Source of the DNA: an uncultured Acidobacteriota bacterium
GTDB lineage: Bacteria; Acidobacteriota; Thermoanaerobaculia; UBA5066; Gp7-AA6
DNA length: 64,000 bases
Reading direction: 5' to 3'
Assembly: GCA_963764715.1 (NCBI GenBank)
Contig: CAVXTP010000006.1
Location: 96,001-160,000, forward strand
Position numbers and translations under genes: made by a program
The notes under the pieces: model-generated
Told to the model about the DNA's origin: nothing
The model's input: only the letters and a program-made list of their open reading frames with translations
Database searches by the model: none
In this document: one piece after another, positions 9,509 through 19,854 of the stretch
Position numbering within the stretch: position 1 is the stretch's first letter
How the letters are laid out: every line of letters starts with the position of its first letter

Positions 9509-10830
9509 GCGCGGCCGGTTCGCTCGCGGAGACCCGGCGGACGGCGGACCTTCCGGCCCTGGGCGGAACGATGCACGAGCTCGTCGCGAGGCTCTACCCG
9601 GTGTGCCGGAGCATCACCGGAGAGGGCCTGCGCCAGACCCTCCGGGTGCTGCGCGAGGAGACCGGCCTGACGATTCACGAGGTCCCGTCGGGCACCCCGG
9701 TCCTCGACTGGACCGTCCCCAACGAGTGGAACATCCGCGACGCCTGGGTCGCGGACGCGCGGGGCGAGCGGGTCATCGACTTCCGCCGCTCGAACCTGCA
9801 CGTCGTCAACTACAGCGTGCCGGTGCGCGGCCGCTTCACGCTGTCGGAGCTGCGTCCCCGGCTCCACACCCTGCCGGACCGGCCCGACTGGGTTCCCTAC
9901 CGCACGTCCTACTACGCCGAGGACTGGGGATTCTGTCTCGCTCACCGCGACCTCGAACGGCTGGGCGAGGGGCCCTACGACGTCGTGATCGACTCGACCC
10001 TCGCTCCAGGAAGCCTCAGCTACGGCGAGCTGCTGCTGCCGGGCTCGCTCCCCGACGAGGTGCTGCTCTCGGCGCACGCCTGCCACCCGTCGCTCGCCAA
10101 CGACAACCTTTCCGGCCTGGCTCTCCTCGCGACGCTCGCGCGGATGCTCTCGGGCGTCGAGCGGCGCTACTCCTACCGCTTCCTGTTCCTGCCCGGGACG
10201 ATCGGCTCGATCACGTGGCTCGCCAGGAACGAAGCCGCCGCCGCCCGGATCCGCAACGGACTGACGGCGGCCTGCGTCGGCGACGCCGGCCCGCTGACGT
10301 ACAAGAAGAGCCGGCGGGGCGACGCCGAGATCGATCGCGCCGCGCAGCACGTCCTGAAACACTCGGGCGAACCGCACCGGATCGTCGACTTCTCGCCCTA
10401 CGGGTACGACGAACGGCAGTACAACTCGCCCGGCTTCAATCTCGCGGTCGGCAGCCTGACCCGCACGCCGCACGGCGCGTACCCCGAGTACCACACCTCG
10501 GCCGACGACGTCGGATTCGTGCGCCCCGAGAGCCTCGCCGGATCTCTGCGCGCATACCTCGCGGTCGTCGCCGTCCTCGAAGGCAACGGCCGGTACCGGA
10601 ACACGCACCCGAAAGGCGAGCCGCAGCTCGGCCGCCGCGGCCTCTATCGGGCGATCGGCGGCGAGCCCGACCCGGGGCAGCTCCAGATGGCGATGCTCTG
10701 GGTGCTCAATCTCTCCGACGGCGGGCCGACGCTGCTCGACGTCGCCGACCGCTCCGGCCTCCCGTTCGACCGCGTGCGGGCCGCCGCGGACGCCCTGCTC
10801 GACCACGGCCTCCTCGAGCCCGTGTCCTAG
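9505..10830 (+). CDS. DUF4910 / M28 aminopeptidase-like polysaccharide-locus protein with C-terminal winged HTH
   Basis: CRSITGEG, DWTVPNEWNI, PYRTSYY, HPSLANDNLSG, DERQY, YPEYHTSAD, GEPQLGRRGLY. Confidence 0.85.
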   Translation: MSAAGSLAETRRTADLPALGGTMHELVARLYPVCRSITGEGLRQTLRVLREETGLTIHEVPSGTPVLDWTVPNEWNIRDAWVADARGERVIDFRRSNLHVVNYSVPVRGRFTLSELRPRLHTLPDRPDWVPYRTSYYAEDWGFCLAHRDLERLGEGPYDVVIDSTLAPGSLSYGELLLPGSLPDEVLLSAHACHPSLANDNLSGLALLATLARMLSGVERRYSYRFLFLPGTIGSITWLARNEAAAARIRNGLTAACVGDAGPLTYKKSRRGDAEIDRAAQHVLKHSGEPHRIVDFSPYGYDERQYNSPGFNLAVGSLTRTPHGAYPEYHTSADDVGFVRPESLAGSLRAYLAVVAVLEGNGRYRNTHPKGEPQLGRRGLYRAIGGEPDPGQLQMAMLWVLNLSDGGPTLLDVADRSGLPFDRVRAAADALLDHGLLEPVS

Positions 10831-10840
10831 CCCCCCGGGC

Positions 10841-10849
10841 TGGTACAAT
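10841..10849 (+). promoter_or_regulatory. Putative extended -10 promoter (TGGTACAAT) upstream of rfbF
   Basis: Near-consensus TGn-TACAAT in the short intergenic region. Confidence 0.45.
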
Positions 10850-10873
10850 GGTCGTGAACCGAAAAACCGAGCC

Positions 10874-11662
10874 ATGAAGGTCGTTCTCTTCTGCGGCGGC
10901 CTTGGGATGCGTCTCAAGGAGTACTCCGAAATCATCCCGAAGCCGATGATCAACATCGGCTACCGGCCCATTCTCTGGTACGTGATGAAGTACTACGCCC
11001 ATTTCGGCCACAAGGAATTCATCCTGTGCCTGGGCTACAAGGCCGACATCATCAAGAACTACTTCCTCAACTACAACGAGTACCTCTCGAACGACTTCAC
11101 CCTGACCAACGGCGGCCGTGACATCGCGCTCGCGTCGAGCGACATCCAGGACTGGAAGATCACCTTCGTCGACACGGGCCTCCACGCGAACATCGGGATG
11201 CGGCTGAAGGCGGTCCAGAAATACGTCGAGAACGACGAGCTCTTCCTGGCCAACTACACCGACGGCCTCTCGGACTGCCCGCTGCCGGCCCTGATCGACA
11301 CGATCCGCGAAAAGAAGAAGACCGGGATCTTCCTCTCCACGCGGCCCGGCTTCACGTTCCACCTCGTCAGCGCCAACGGCGACGGCAACGTCACCGACAT
11401 CAAGGACGTCTCGAAGTCGGACATCTGGGTCAACGCCGGGTTCTTCGTGCTCCGGCCTTCGATCTTCGACGCGCTGCGGCCGGGCGAGGAGCTCGTGCAG
11501 GAGCCGTTCCAGCGCCTGATCGCGAAGAAAGAGCTGATCACGCACAAGTACGACGGCTTCTTCGTGGGAATGGACACCTTCAAGGAGAAGCAGCTGCTCG
11601 ACGACATGTACGCGCGCGGGGAGACGCCCTGGGAGGTCTGGAAGCCCCCAGGCCCGCGCTGA
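10874..11662 (+). CDS. rfbF: Glucose-1-phosphate cytidylyltransferase-like nucleotidyltransferase
   Basis: LFCGGLGMRL, PKPMINIG, CLGYK, VDTG, NAGFFV, MDTFKE. Confidence 0.88.
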   Translation: MKVVLFCGGLGMRLKEYSEIIPKPMINIGYRPILWYVMKYYAHFGHKEFILCLGYKADIIKNYFLNYNEYLSNDFTLTNGGRDIALASSDIQDWKITFVDTGLHANIGMRLKAVQKYVENDELFLANYTDGLSDCPLPALIDTIREKKKTGIFLSTRPGFTFHLVSANGDGNVTDIKDVSKSDIWVNAGFFVLRPSIFDALRPGEELVQEPFQRLIAKKELITHKYDGFFVGMDTFKEKQLLDDMYARGETPWEVWKPPGPR

Positions 11663-11678
11663 GGACGCCCCACCCCGC

Positions 11679-13031
11679 ATGAGCGCGAAGCCGCCCCTCG
11701 CCGATCCCGCCGCCGCGCCCCTGGCGGAGTCCGAGCGCTCGGCCGAGCTCCGCCAGCGGGCGCACGATCTCGTTCCCGGCGGCGCCCACACCTACGCCAA
11801 GGGCGACGATCAGTATCCCGAAGGCGCTCCCGCCTTCATCGTCCGGGGCCGCGGCTGCCACGTCTGGGACCTCGACGGCCGGGAGTTCATCGAGTACGGC
11901 ATGGGACTGCGGTCGGTGACACTCGGCCACGCCCATCCCGCCGTCGTCGAGGCGGCGGCCGCCGCCATGCGCCTCGGCGCCAACTTCACCCGGCCCTCCC
12001 CCCTCGAGGTCGAGTGCGCCGAGCGCCTGCTCGGCCTGATCCGTGGCGCGGACATGGCGAAGTTCTGCAAGAACGGCTCGGACGCGACGACGGCCGCCGT
12101 CAAGCTCGCGCGCGCCTGCACGGGCCGGGACCTCGTCGCCATCTGCCGCGACCAGCCCTTCTTCTCGACGGACGACTGGTTCATCGGGACGACCGCGATG
12201 CCGGCCGGGATCCCGAAGAGCACGCGCGCCCTGACTCTGAATTTCCGCTACAACGACCTCGAGAGCGTCGACGCTCTCTTCCGCCGGTTCCCGGGACAGA
12301 TCGCCTGTCTCGTGCTCGAGGCCGCCGCGGTGCACGAGCCGGCCCCCGGCTTCCTCGAAGGGCTGCGCGACCGCTGCCACGCGGCGGGCGCCCTCCTCGT
12401 CTTCGACGAGATGATCACGGGCTTCCGCTGGCACCTCGGGGGCGCGCAGGCGCTCTACGGCGTCACCCCGGATCTCTCCACGTTCGGAAAGGCCCTCGCG
12501 AACGGATTCTCCGTCTCGGCCCTCGTCGGCAAGCGGGAGTTCATGGAGCGCGGCGGCATCCGCCACGCGGGAGAGCGGGTCTTCCTGCTCTCGACGACGC
12601 ATGGCGCCGAGAGCCACGGGCTCGCGGCCGCGGTCGAGACAATGAAGATCTACGAACGCGAGGGGGTCGTCGAAGTCCTGCACCGCCAGGGCGCGCGGCT
12701 CCGGGCCGGGATCGAGGAGGCGGCGCGCCGCCAGGGCGTCGAGGGCCACTTCCAGGTCCTCGGCCGGGACTGCAACCTCGTCTATGCGGCGAGGGATGCC
12801 GACGGCAAGCCCTCCCAGCCCTTCCGGACCCTGGTCCTGCAGGAGACGCTCAAGCGGGGCATTCTCATGCCGTCGCTCGTGGTCAGCTTCGCGCACGGCA
12901 ACGACGAGATCGATCGGACGATCGAGGCGGTCGGCGAGGCCCTGGCCGTGTACCGGAGAGCGCTCGACGGCGGGATCGAGCGTTTCCTCGAGGGCCGTCC
13001 GGTCCAGCCGGTCTTCCGGCCGGAAAACTGA
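11679..13031 (+). CDS. PLP-dependent class-III aminotransferase (GSA-aminomutase-like, polysaccharide-locus type)
   Basis: HTYAKGDDQ, KNGSDATTAAVKLARA, FDEMITGFR, STFGKALANG. Confidence 0.88.
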   Translation: MSAKPPLADPAAAPLAESERSAELRQRAHDLVPGGAHTYAKGDDQYPEGAPAFIVRGRGCHVWDLDGREFIEYGMGLRSVTLGHAHPAVVEAAAAAMRLGANFTRPSPLEVECAERLLGLIRGADMAKFCKNGSDATTAAVKLARACTGRDLVAICRDQPFFSTDDWFIGTTAMPAGIPKSTRALTLNFRYNDLESVDALFRRFPGQIACLVLEAAAVHEPAPGFLEGLRDRCHAAGALLVFDEMITGFRWHLGGAQALYGVTPDLSTFGKALANGFSVSALVGKREFMERGGIRHAGERVFLLSTTHGAESHGLAAAVETMKIYEREGVVEVLHRQGARLRAGIEEAARRQGVEGHFQVLGRDCNLVYAARDADGKPSQPFRTLVLQETLKRGILMPSLVVSFAHGNDEIDRTIEAVGEALAVYRRALDGGIERFLEGRPVQPVFRPEN

Positions 13032-13043
13032 CGAGCCGATCCG

Positions 13044-13700
13044 ATGCTGCGCCTCGAGCTTCCTCGCCGGACGAGCGCACCGCTCCGCGTTCTGTGTCTC
13101 GGCGCGCACTCCGACGACATCGAGATCGGCTGCGGCGGCACCCTCCTTCACCTCCTGGAGCGGCCGGGAAAAGTCGAGATCGACTGGGTCGTCTTCAGCG
13201 GCTCGGCCGTCCGGGCGCGGGAGGCGCGGCGCAGCGCCCGGGCGCTCGCCGGCGGCGCGAAGGGGTTGCGCTTCCAGTCGAAGACGTTCCGCGACGGCTT
13301 CTTCCCCTCCCAGGTCGTCCGCCTCAAGGAGGAGTTCGAGCGCCTCAAGCGGCGGCCGTCACCGGACCTCGTCTTCTGCCCCTGGAGAGGCGACGCCCAC
13401 CAGGACCACCGGACGCTCGCCGAGCTCGCCTGGAACACGTTCCGCGATCACCTGATCCTCGAGTACGAGATTCCCAAGTACGACGGCGACCTCCGGTCGC
13501 CCAACCTGTACGTGCCGCTGTCCGAGGCGATCTGCCGGAAGAAGATCGAGCACGTCCTGAAGGCCTTTCCGTCGCAGGCGGACAACCAGTGGTTCGACGC
13601 CGAGACCTTCTGGGCGCCCCTTCGCCTTCGGGGGATCGAGTCCAACTCCCCCTCCCGCTTCGCCGAGGGCTTCTACTGCCGGAAGACCGTCCTGGCGTAG
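13044..13700 (+). CDS. PIG-L/LmbE family deacetylase
   Basis: GAHSDDIEIGCGG and DAHQDH metal motifs; YEIPKYDGD. Confidence 0.88.
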   Translation: MLRLELPRRTSAPLRVLCLGAHSDDIEIGCGGTLLHLLERPGKVEIDWVVFSGSAVRAREARRSARALAGGAKGLRFQSKTFRDGFFPSQVVRLKEEFERLKRRPSPDLVFCPWRGDAHQDHRTLAELAWNTFRDHLILEYEIPKYDGDLRSPNLYVPLSEAICRKKIEHVLKAFPSQADNQWFDAETFWAPLRLRGIESNSPSRFAEGFYCRKTVLA

Positions 13701-13707
13701 CCCCGGA

Positions 13708-14568
13708 TCACGAATCCGACGGACCGGAGAGGGGCACGCTCGCGAGATCCGCCGACTGCGGAATCCCCGCGAGCCAGGCCGGATACGACCAGGTGGCCGG
13801 CTGGAGCAGGAGATGGCACCGCCCCCGGTCGCGGACCTGGTCGGGGTTTTTGAGCCGCGTCCCGCGTGCCAGATACCAGGCCGAGTAGCCCAGCCCGTCG
13901 CACCACCCCAGGACCGCGGACGCGTTCGCCGTCATCGCGAGCTCCGGGTTCGAATGCATCTCGACGAGAAAGCGGGTCCGGCCCTGGGCCGCGAGGCTTC
14001 GGGAACCCGCGAGGACGAGGCCCTCGGCGCCTTCCACGTCGATCTTGACGAGGTCTGGAATGACTTTCCATCCAGTGCTCAGCTCGTCGACCGTGACCGT
14101 GGGCACTTCGATCGACTGCCCGGCCCGCGACGCCGTCGTGGCGTGTCCGGCATACATGCTCCCGGCCGCGCCGGGGCCGACCGTCCAGAGACGGGCGGTA
14201 TCGCCGCTCCGGTCCGACACGAACGCGCAGATGAACCGCGCCCGGGCGGAGAGCTGGTTGCGGATCAGATTCTCCGACGCGATGAGGAGGGCGTCGGGGT
14301 TGGGCTCGAGAAGGAAGACCTGCTTGACTCCCGGGCACAGCATCGCCAGGACCGCCATGTGACCCTGGTTCGCGCCCACGTCGAAGATGACCTCGGAATG
14401 CAGCGCGCAGGCCAGGAACCAGGCGTCGTCGTAGTCGCTCTTGTCGCGGACGCTTCCCTCGACGAACCGGATCGGGTGGCCGAGGAGGCTCCCCGAGACC
14501 AGCCGCGGCGGCATGCCGGAGAGTCTTCGAACCACGGCCGCGCCTCGCGTGACGATCTTTGGCAACAC
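13708..14568 (-). CDS. FkbM family methyltransferase
   Basis: FDVGANQG, LEPNP, LVKIDVEGAE, VEMH. Perfect SD TAAGGAGG upstream of the TTG start. Confidence 0.9.
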   Translation of the reverse strand: MLPKIVTRGAAVVRRLSGMPPRLVSGSLLGHPIRFVEGSVRDKSDYDDAWFLACALHSEVIFDVGANQGHMAVLAMLCPGVKQVFLLEPNPDALLIASENLIRNQLSARARFICAFVSDRSGDTARLWTVGPGAAGSMYAGHATTASRAGQSIEVPTVTVDELSTGWKVIPDLVKIDVEGAEGLVLAGSRSLAAQGRTRFLVEMHSNPELAMTANASAVLGWCDGLGYSAWYLARGTRLKNPDQVRDRGRCHLLLQPATWSYPAWLAGIPQSADLASVPLSGPSDS

Positions 14569-14693
14569 TTCGCCTCCTTACCCTGCCCGCACACGATTTC
14601 GTTCCGGTGACCGCTGTTCCGGGGGAATGCAATCCCCGGTCCAGCGCCCGCCCGCCCCGGCTAAAATGCCCGGGTGACGCCGGGTTCGCGCCG

Positions 14694-15809
14694 ATGACCG
14701 ATACCGCGATCACCGTCGTCGGCGCCGGTGTCGTCGGCCTGGCCCTCGCCGCCCGGCTCGCCCGGGACTATCCCGACCTGATCCTCGTGGACCGAAACCC
14801 GCGTCACGGCATGGGGGCCTCGAGCCGCAACAGCCAGGTCATCCACGCCGGCATCTATTATCCGCCCGAATCGCTCAAAGCGCGCCTCTGTCGTGAAGGA
14901 AACGAGCGTCTTTATTCGCTCTGCGCGGCGCGGGACATCCCCCACCGTCGGATCGGCAAGCTGATCACCGCGACGTCGCCCGGGGAACGGCCGGCGCTCG
15001 ACCGGATCGCGGAGAACGCGCGGGCCAACGGCGTCCGCCTCGAACCGCTCTCGGCCGCGGAGGCGCGGGAGCGGGAGCCGAACGTACGCTCGTCCGGCGC
15101 GCTGTGGTCCGAGAGCTCCGGCGTCATCGACGCGCACGCGCTCATGGACGCGCTCCTCGCGACGGCCCTCGCGTCGGGAGCGCACCTGCTCCCGGGCGCC
15201 GCGCTCGAAGGCATCGAGCCGGAGCGCGGCGGCTATCGCCTCTCGCTGCGGCGCGGCGCCGGCCGCGAGTCCTTCACCAGCGAACGCGTCATCAACGCCG
15301 CCGGTCTCGAGTCGGACACGGTCGCGGAGCTCGCCGGAATCGACGTGGACGCGGCCGGCTACCGGCTCCGCTGGTGCAAGGGCAGCTATTTCTCGGCGGC
15401 GCCCCGCTGCGCCCGCCTGGTGTCGCACCTCGTTTATCCCGTCCCGGCGAAGGAGAGCCTCGGCGTCCACGTGGTGCTCGACACCGGCGGGCGCCTGCGC
15501 TTCGGCCCGGACGCCGAGTACCTTCCGGACCGCCGCGAGGATTACCGGGTCGCGCCCGAGAAGCGGGCCGCGTTCGGGGAGGCCGCCCGGCGGCTCCTGC
15601 CCGACGTCCGGGACGAAGACCTCGAGCCCGACATCTCCGGCATCCGGGCGAAGCTCCAGGGCCCCGGCGAGCCCGTGCGGGACTTCGTGATCGCCGACGA
15701 GGCCGCGCGCGGCCTGCCCGGCTTCTACGACCTCATCGGGATCGAATCGCCGGGGTTGACCGCCGCGCCTGCGATCGCCGAGCACGTGGCGGCGCTGCTC
15801 GACGGCTAG
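14694..15809 (+). CDS. FAD-dependent oxidoreductase, L-2-hydroxyglutarate oxidase (LhgO)-like
   Basis: VGAGVVGLA, SSRNSQVIHAGIYY, KGSYF, GIESPGLTA. Confidence 0.88.
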   Translation: MTDTAITVVGAGVVGLALAARLARDYPDLILVDRNPRHGMGASSRNSQVIHAGIYYPPESLKARLCREGNERLYSLCAARDIPHRRIGKLITATSPGERPALDRIAENARANGVRLEPLSAAEAREREPNVRSSGALWSESSGVIDAHALMDALLATALASGAHLLPGAALEGIEPERGGYRLSLRRGAGRESFTSERVINAAGLESDTVAELAGIDVDAAGYRLRWCKGSYFSAAPRCARLVSHLVYPVPAKESLGVHVVLDTGGRLRFGPDAEYLPDRREDYRVAPEKRAAFGEAARRLLPDVRDEDLEPDISGIRAKLQGPGEPVRDFVIADEAARGLPGFYDLIGIESPGLTAAPAIAEHVAALLDG

Positions 15810-15821
15810 CGCGTCGGGCGG

Positions 15822-17779
15822 CTACGACACCGTGGGCGTCGCGCGCTCCTCGGTCAGCCCGGGGGGATCGGTCGGGCGCGTCCGCTCGCGCGTCGCGCGC
15901 CGCACGCCGAGGTTGGCCTCCGGCAGGAGCGTGTTGAGGAACCGCCGAATGGCCGTCCCGTCGCCCTCGCGGGCGAGCTCCTCGAGGAACCGCAGGGCCC
16001 GCGCCACGTCCTCGGACGGGTAGGCGTTCAGCTTGCCGTTGAAGATCTTCGGGTGCCGGGTCTTCGCGATCTGCTCGCCCGAGAGCTCCAGCTCCTCGAA
16101 GAGCTTCTCCCCGGGGCGCAGTCCCGTGAAGACGATGTCCATGTCGACGTACGGCCGCAGGCCGGTCAGCGTGATCATCTCCTCGGCCAGGTCCAGGATC
16201 CGGACCGGCTCGCCCATGTCGAGGATGAAGATCTCGCCGCCCTCGCCCATGGCGCCGGCCTGGAGCACGAGCTGGGCCGCCTCCGGGATCGTCATGAAGT
16301 AGCGCCGCATCTCCGGGTGCGTCACGGTGACCGGGCCGCCGCGGCGGATCTGCTCGCGGAAGATCGGCACGACCGAGCCCGGCCGAGCCGATGACGTTGC
16401 CGAACCGCACGGCCTCGAAGCGCGTCGCGTAACGGCCGGCGAGGTCCTGGATCGCGAGCTCGGCCACGCGCTTGGTCGCGCCCATGATCGAGGTCGGGCG
16501 GACGGCCTTGTCCGTCGAGATCATGACGAACGCCTCGACGCCGTGCTCGCCGGCGAGCTCGCCCAGGAGACGCGTGGCGAGGATGTTGTTCTTGATGGCC
16601 TCGCCCGGGTTGGCTTCCATCATCGGCACGTGCTTGTGGGCGGCGGCGTGGAAGATGACCTGGGGGCGCTGCTCGCCGAAGCATCGGCGCGCATCCTGCG
16701 CCTCGTCGCCGACGTCGGCGACGAGCGGGACGATCTCGATCTCGGCGCGGGTCCGCCGCAGCTCGCCGTCGATCTCGAAGAGCGCAAACTCGGCGCGCTC
16801 GACGAGCAGGAGCTTCGCCGGCTGGAACCGGGCGACCTGGCGCGCCAGCTCCGAGCCGATCGAGCCGCCCGCGCCGGTGACCATGACCCGCTTGCCGGCC
16901 AGGAAGTGCCCGATCTGCTCCTCGTCGAGGTAGATCGGCTCGCGGCCGAGGAGGTCCTCGATCTGCACGTTGCGGATGCGCGTGACCTGCACCTTGCCCT
17001 GGAGGATCGTCGTAGAGGCCCGGGATGATGCGGATGCTGACCTGGATCTTCCGGCAGAGGTCGATCAGGTGCAGGATCTCCTGCCGCGAGATCTGCGCGA
17101 TCGTGATGACCACCTGCTCGATGCCGAGCTCCTTGACGAGGCGGGGAAGGTCCTCCGTCGTACCCGAGGACGCGCACGCCGTGGATGACGGCGCCCCGCT
17201 TTTCGGAGTCGTCGTCGACGAACCCCTTCACGTCGAGGTTCATGTCGCCGCGCCCCTCGATCTCCCGCGCCGCGAGCAGCCCGGCCCGGCCGGCGCCGAT
17301 GAGGAGCGTCGGCACGAGCTCGGCGGTCCCCGCCTGGGCGACCCGCCGGCGCTCCGCTGCCCCTTCTCGTAGACGTACCGCCGCACGACGCGCAGCCCGA
17401 GCACGCCGCCGAACGCCAGGACCGTGTCCATGAGGGTGACCGACAGCGGCACGCGCCAGTTGCCGAGGCTCGACGGCAGGCTCAGCCGCAGGACCCCGAG
17501 GACGAGCGCCGACCAGACCGCCGCGTAGACGAACGCCTTGACCTCGCCGAGCCCGACGTAGCGCCAGATGAAGCTGTACACGCCGGCGAGGGCCAGCGCG
17601 GCGAGCTGCACCAGGACCACGTAGGGAAGCTGCTGGAGGGCGTTGTGAAGCTCGTCCTCCGGCACCGCGAACTCGAAGCGCAGGAGGTATGCGAAGGCGA
17701 ACGCGAGGACGAGCATCGTCACGTCCAGCGCGAACTGGAACCCCCGGGTCAGATGAGGCTGAAAGTCCTTGGTGGTCAC
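15822..17779 (-). CDS. Membrane-anchored NDP-sugar 4,6-dehydratase (CapD/PglF/WbpM family); several frameshifts
   Basis: N-terminal TM helices (ORF 17240-17956), [65 protein letters not shown], spread over 4-5 frames. Confidence 0.88.
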
Positions 17780-17952
17780 CCGGACGATCCTCGCTCCGGC
17801 CCGCGACGGCCAGCTTCTTGACAGCCTGCTGTTGAGTCGGGGAAGAAGAGGTACCCCCCGGAAGGCGGCACCCCTTCTTCCCCGCCCCGAGACGGCAAGG
17901 GAAATCATTTGAGCTTCAGGAACTATGAAGGTAACGAATCCGAGCCTCCTTT

Positions 17953-18630
17953 TCAAGCCTCGGGTGGCCTTTCGGACAGCCCGCGGTCCTGTTCCTTCGG
18001 CCTGGAGACCTTCCGTGCGGCAAGAAGAGCCGCGATTGTGTCGTAGATCACACGGAAATCAGTCCGCCAGGTCCGCCTCTCGAGATAGGCCCGGTAGCCC
18101 GCGAGCTTCTGCGGTTGCAGCGTCTCGCGGTAGTAACGGTCTCTATCCCCTTCCACGACCTCCAGCAGCGCCTCCTCGTCGCGCAGCGTCAACGTCATCG
18201 GATCCGTCAAACCCGGTCTTACCTGCAAGACATCTGCCCACAAAGGGTTGTCGAGGTCCACGTATTCGGGAACCTCGGGTCGCGGACCGACGAAGGACAT
18301 GTCTCCCCGGAGCACGTTCCAGAGCTCCGGAAGCTCGTCGAGCTTGGTGCGCCGCAGCCAGCGCCCCACCGGAGTCACGCGGGCATCGCCGCGCGCCGTG
18401 ACGCTCGGACCGGAGCTCGACGCGCGCATCGAGCGGAGCTTGACGAGCCGGAAAGGACGGCCGGCGCGGCCCACGCGGAACTGCCGGAAGAAGACGGGCC
18501 GTCCCGAGGTCGCCAGGATCGCGACGGCGCAGAGTCCGATGATCGGGGCCGCGACGACGAGCCCCGCCGCCGCGAGCGCCACCTCGACGAAGCGCGGCAG
18601 GCCCCGACCTAGGCGCGCGCCGCCCGAGAC
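17953..18630 (-). CDS. Initiating phosphoglycosyl transferase (bacterial sugar transferase, PglC-like); start uncertain
   Basis: FFRQFRVG...KLRSM...DARVTPVGRWLRRTKLDELPELWNVLRGDMSFVGPRPE...RPGLTD. Confidence 0.9.
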   Translation of the reverse strand, partial: VSGGARLGRGLPRFVEVALAAAGLVVAAPIIGLCAVAILATSGRPVFFRQFRVGRAGRPFRLVKLRSMRASSSGPSVTARGDARVTPVGRWLRRTKLDELPELWNVLRGDMSFVGPRPEVPEYVDLDNPLWADVLQVRPGLTDPMTLTLRDEEALLEVVEGDRDRYYRETLQPQKLAGYRAYLERRTWRTDFRVIYDTIAALLAARKVSRPKEQDRGLSERPPEA

Positions 18631-19854
18631 GGGCTCCTTTGGTTCTCGAGGCAGATTCCGCGGACGGCGTCGGCGACGGCAGCGATCTCCGCGGCGGTCA
18701 TGCCCGGGAAGATCGGCAGGCTGACCAGCCGCTCCCAGGTCGCCGAGGCCGAAGGCAGGTCGGCCGGACGCCAGCCGAACTTCTGCGCGTAGTAGGTGTG
18801 CAGGTGGAGAGGACGCCAGTGCACCGAGCAGCCCACGCCCCGGCCCTTCAGCTCGTCGATGAAGGCGTTGCGATCGATCGCGAGGCGGTCCAGCCGGAGC
18901 CGGATCGGAAAGAGGTGCCACGCGTGCACCCGGTTTTCGGGCATCGGCGGAAGCTCGAGATCGTCGGAATCCGCGAGCGCCTCGGACAGCCGACGCGCGA
19001 CGTCCTCGCGTTCCTGCCGCATCGACTCCGCGCGGGCGAGCTGGTGGATCCCGATCGCCGCGGCGACGTCGGTGAGGTTGTACTTGAAGCCCGGAGCGAG
19101 GATCCGGTAGTCCCACTTGCCACCGCCCGTGTAGCGCTTCCAGGCGTCCTGCGAGAGGCCGTGCAGGGACATCAGGCGCATGCGGTCGGCGAGCTCGGGA
19201 TCGGACGTCGTCGCCATCCCGCCTTCGCCGGTCGTGATCGTCTTGTTGGCGTAGAAGGAGAAGCAGGTGATGGCGGAGGTGTTCTCCCCGCACCGCTGCC
19301 AGGGCGCGGTCGCACCGGGCCGCCAGGCCGCCGGAAAGGAGTGGGCGGCGTCTTCGACGACCCAGAGGGCGTAGCGATCGGCGAAGGCCTGGACGGCCGC
19401 GACGTCGAGCATCAGGCCGCCGACGTGCACGGGAATGATGCCCACGACCCGCGTGCCCGCCGGCACTCCGGCCACCGGCTTCCCGGCCGCCAGAGCGTCG
19501 AGCTTGCGGCCCGCGTCCTCGAGATCGATGTTGAGCGTCACGGGATCGCAGTCGACGAGCAGCGGGATGGCGCCGAGGTACCGGACGACCTCGGCCGTGG
19601 CGGCGAAGGTCATCGTCGGGACCACGACCGCCTCGCCCGCCTTCAGACCGAGGGCCTCGACGGCGAGGTGCAGGGCGGCGGTGCAGGAGTTCACCGCCAC
19701 CGCGTGCGGCGCGCCCGACCGCCCGGGCGAACTCTTCCTCGAAACGCTGCACGCGGGGTCCCGTGGTCAGCCATCCGGAGCGCAGGACCGCGACGACCTC
19801 GTCGATCTCGGCGTCCGTGACGTTGGGGCGAAAGAACGGAACGGAGTTGCTCAT
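18609..19854 (-). CDS. DegT/DnrJ/EryC1/StrS sugar aminotransferase; frameshift near 19710
   Basis: SGWLTTGP, VNSCTAALHLA, EDAAH, FSFYANKTITTGEGG, GFKYNLTD. Confidence 0.92.

Noticed and set aside
11679-13031. hemL (tetrapyrrole synthesis)
   Set aside because: The family matches, but the sugar-nucleotide context and HTYAKGDDQ-type N-terminus point to the polysaccharide-associated paralogue.
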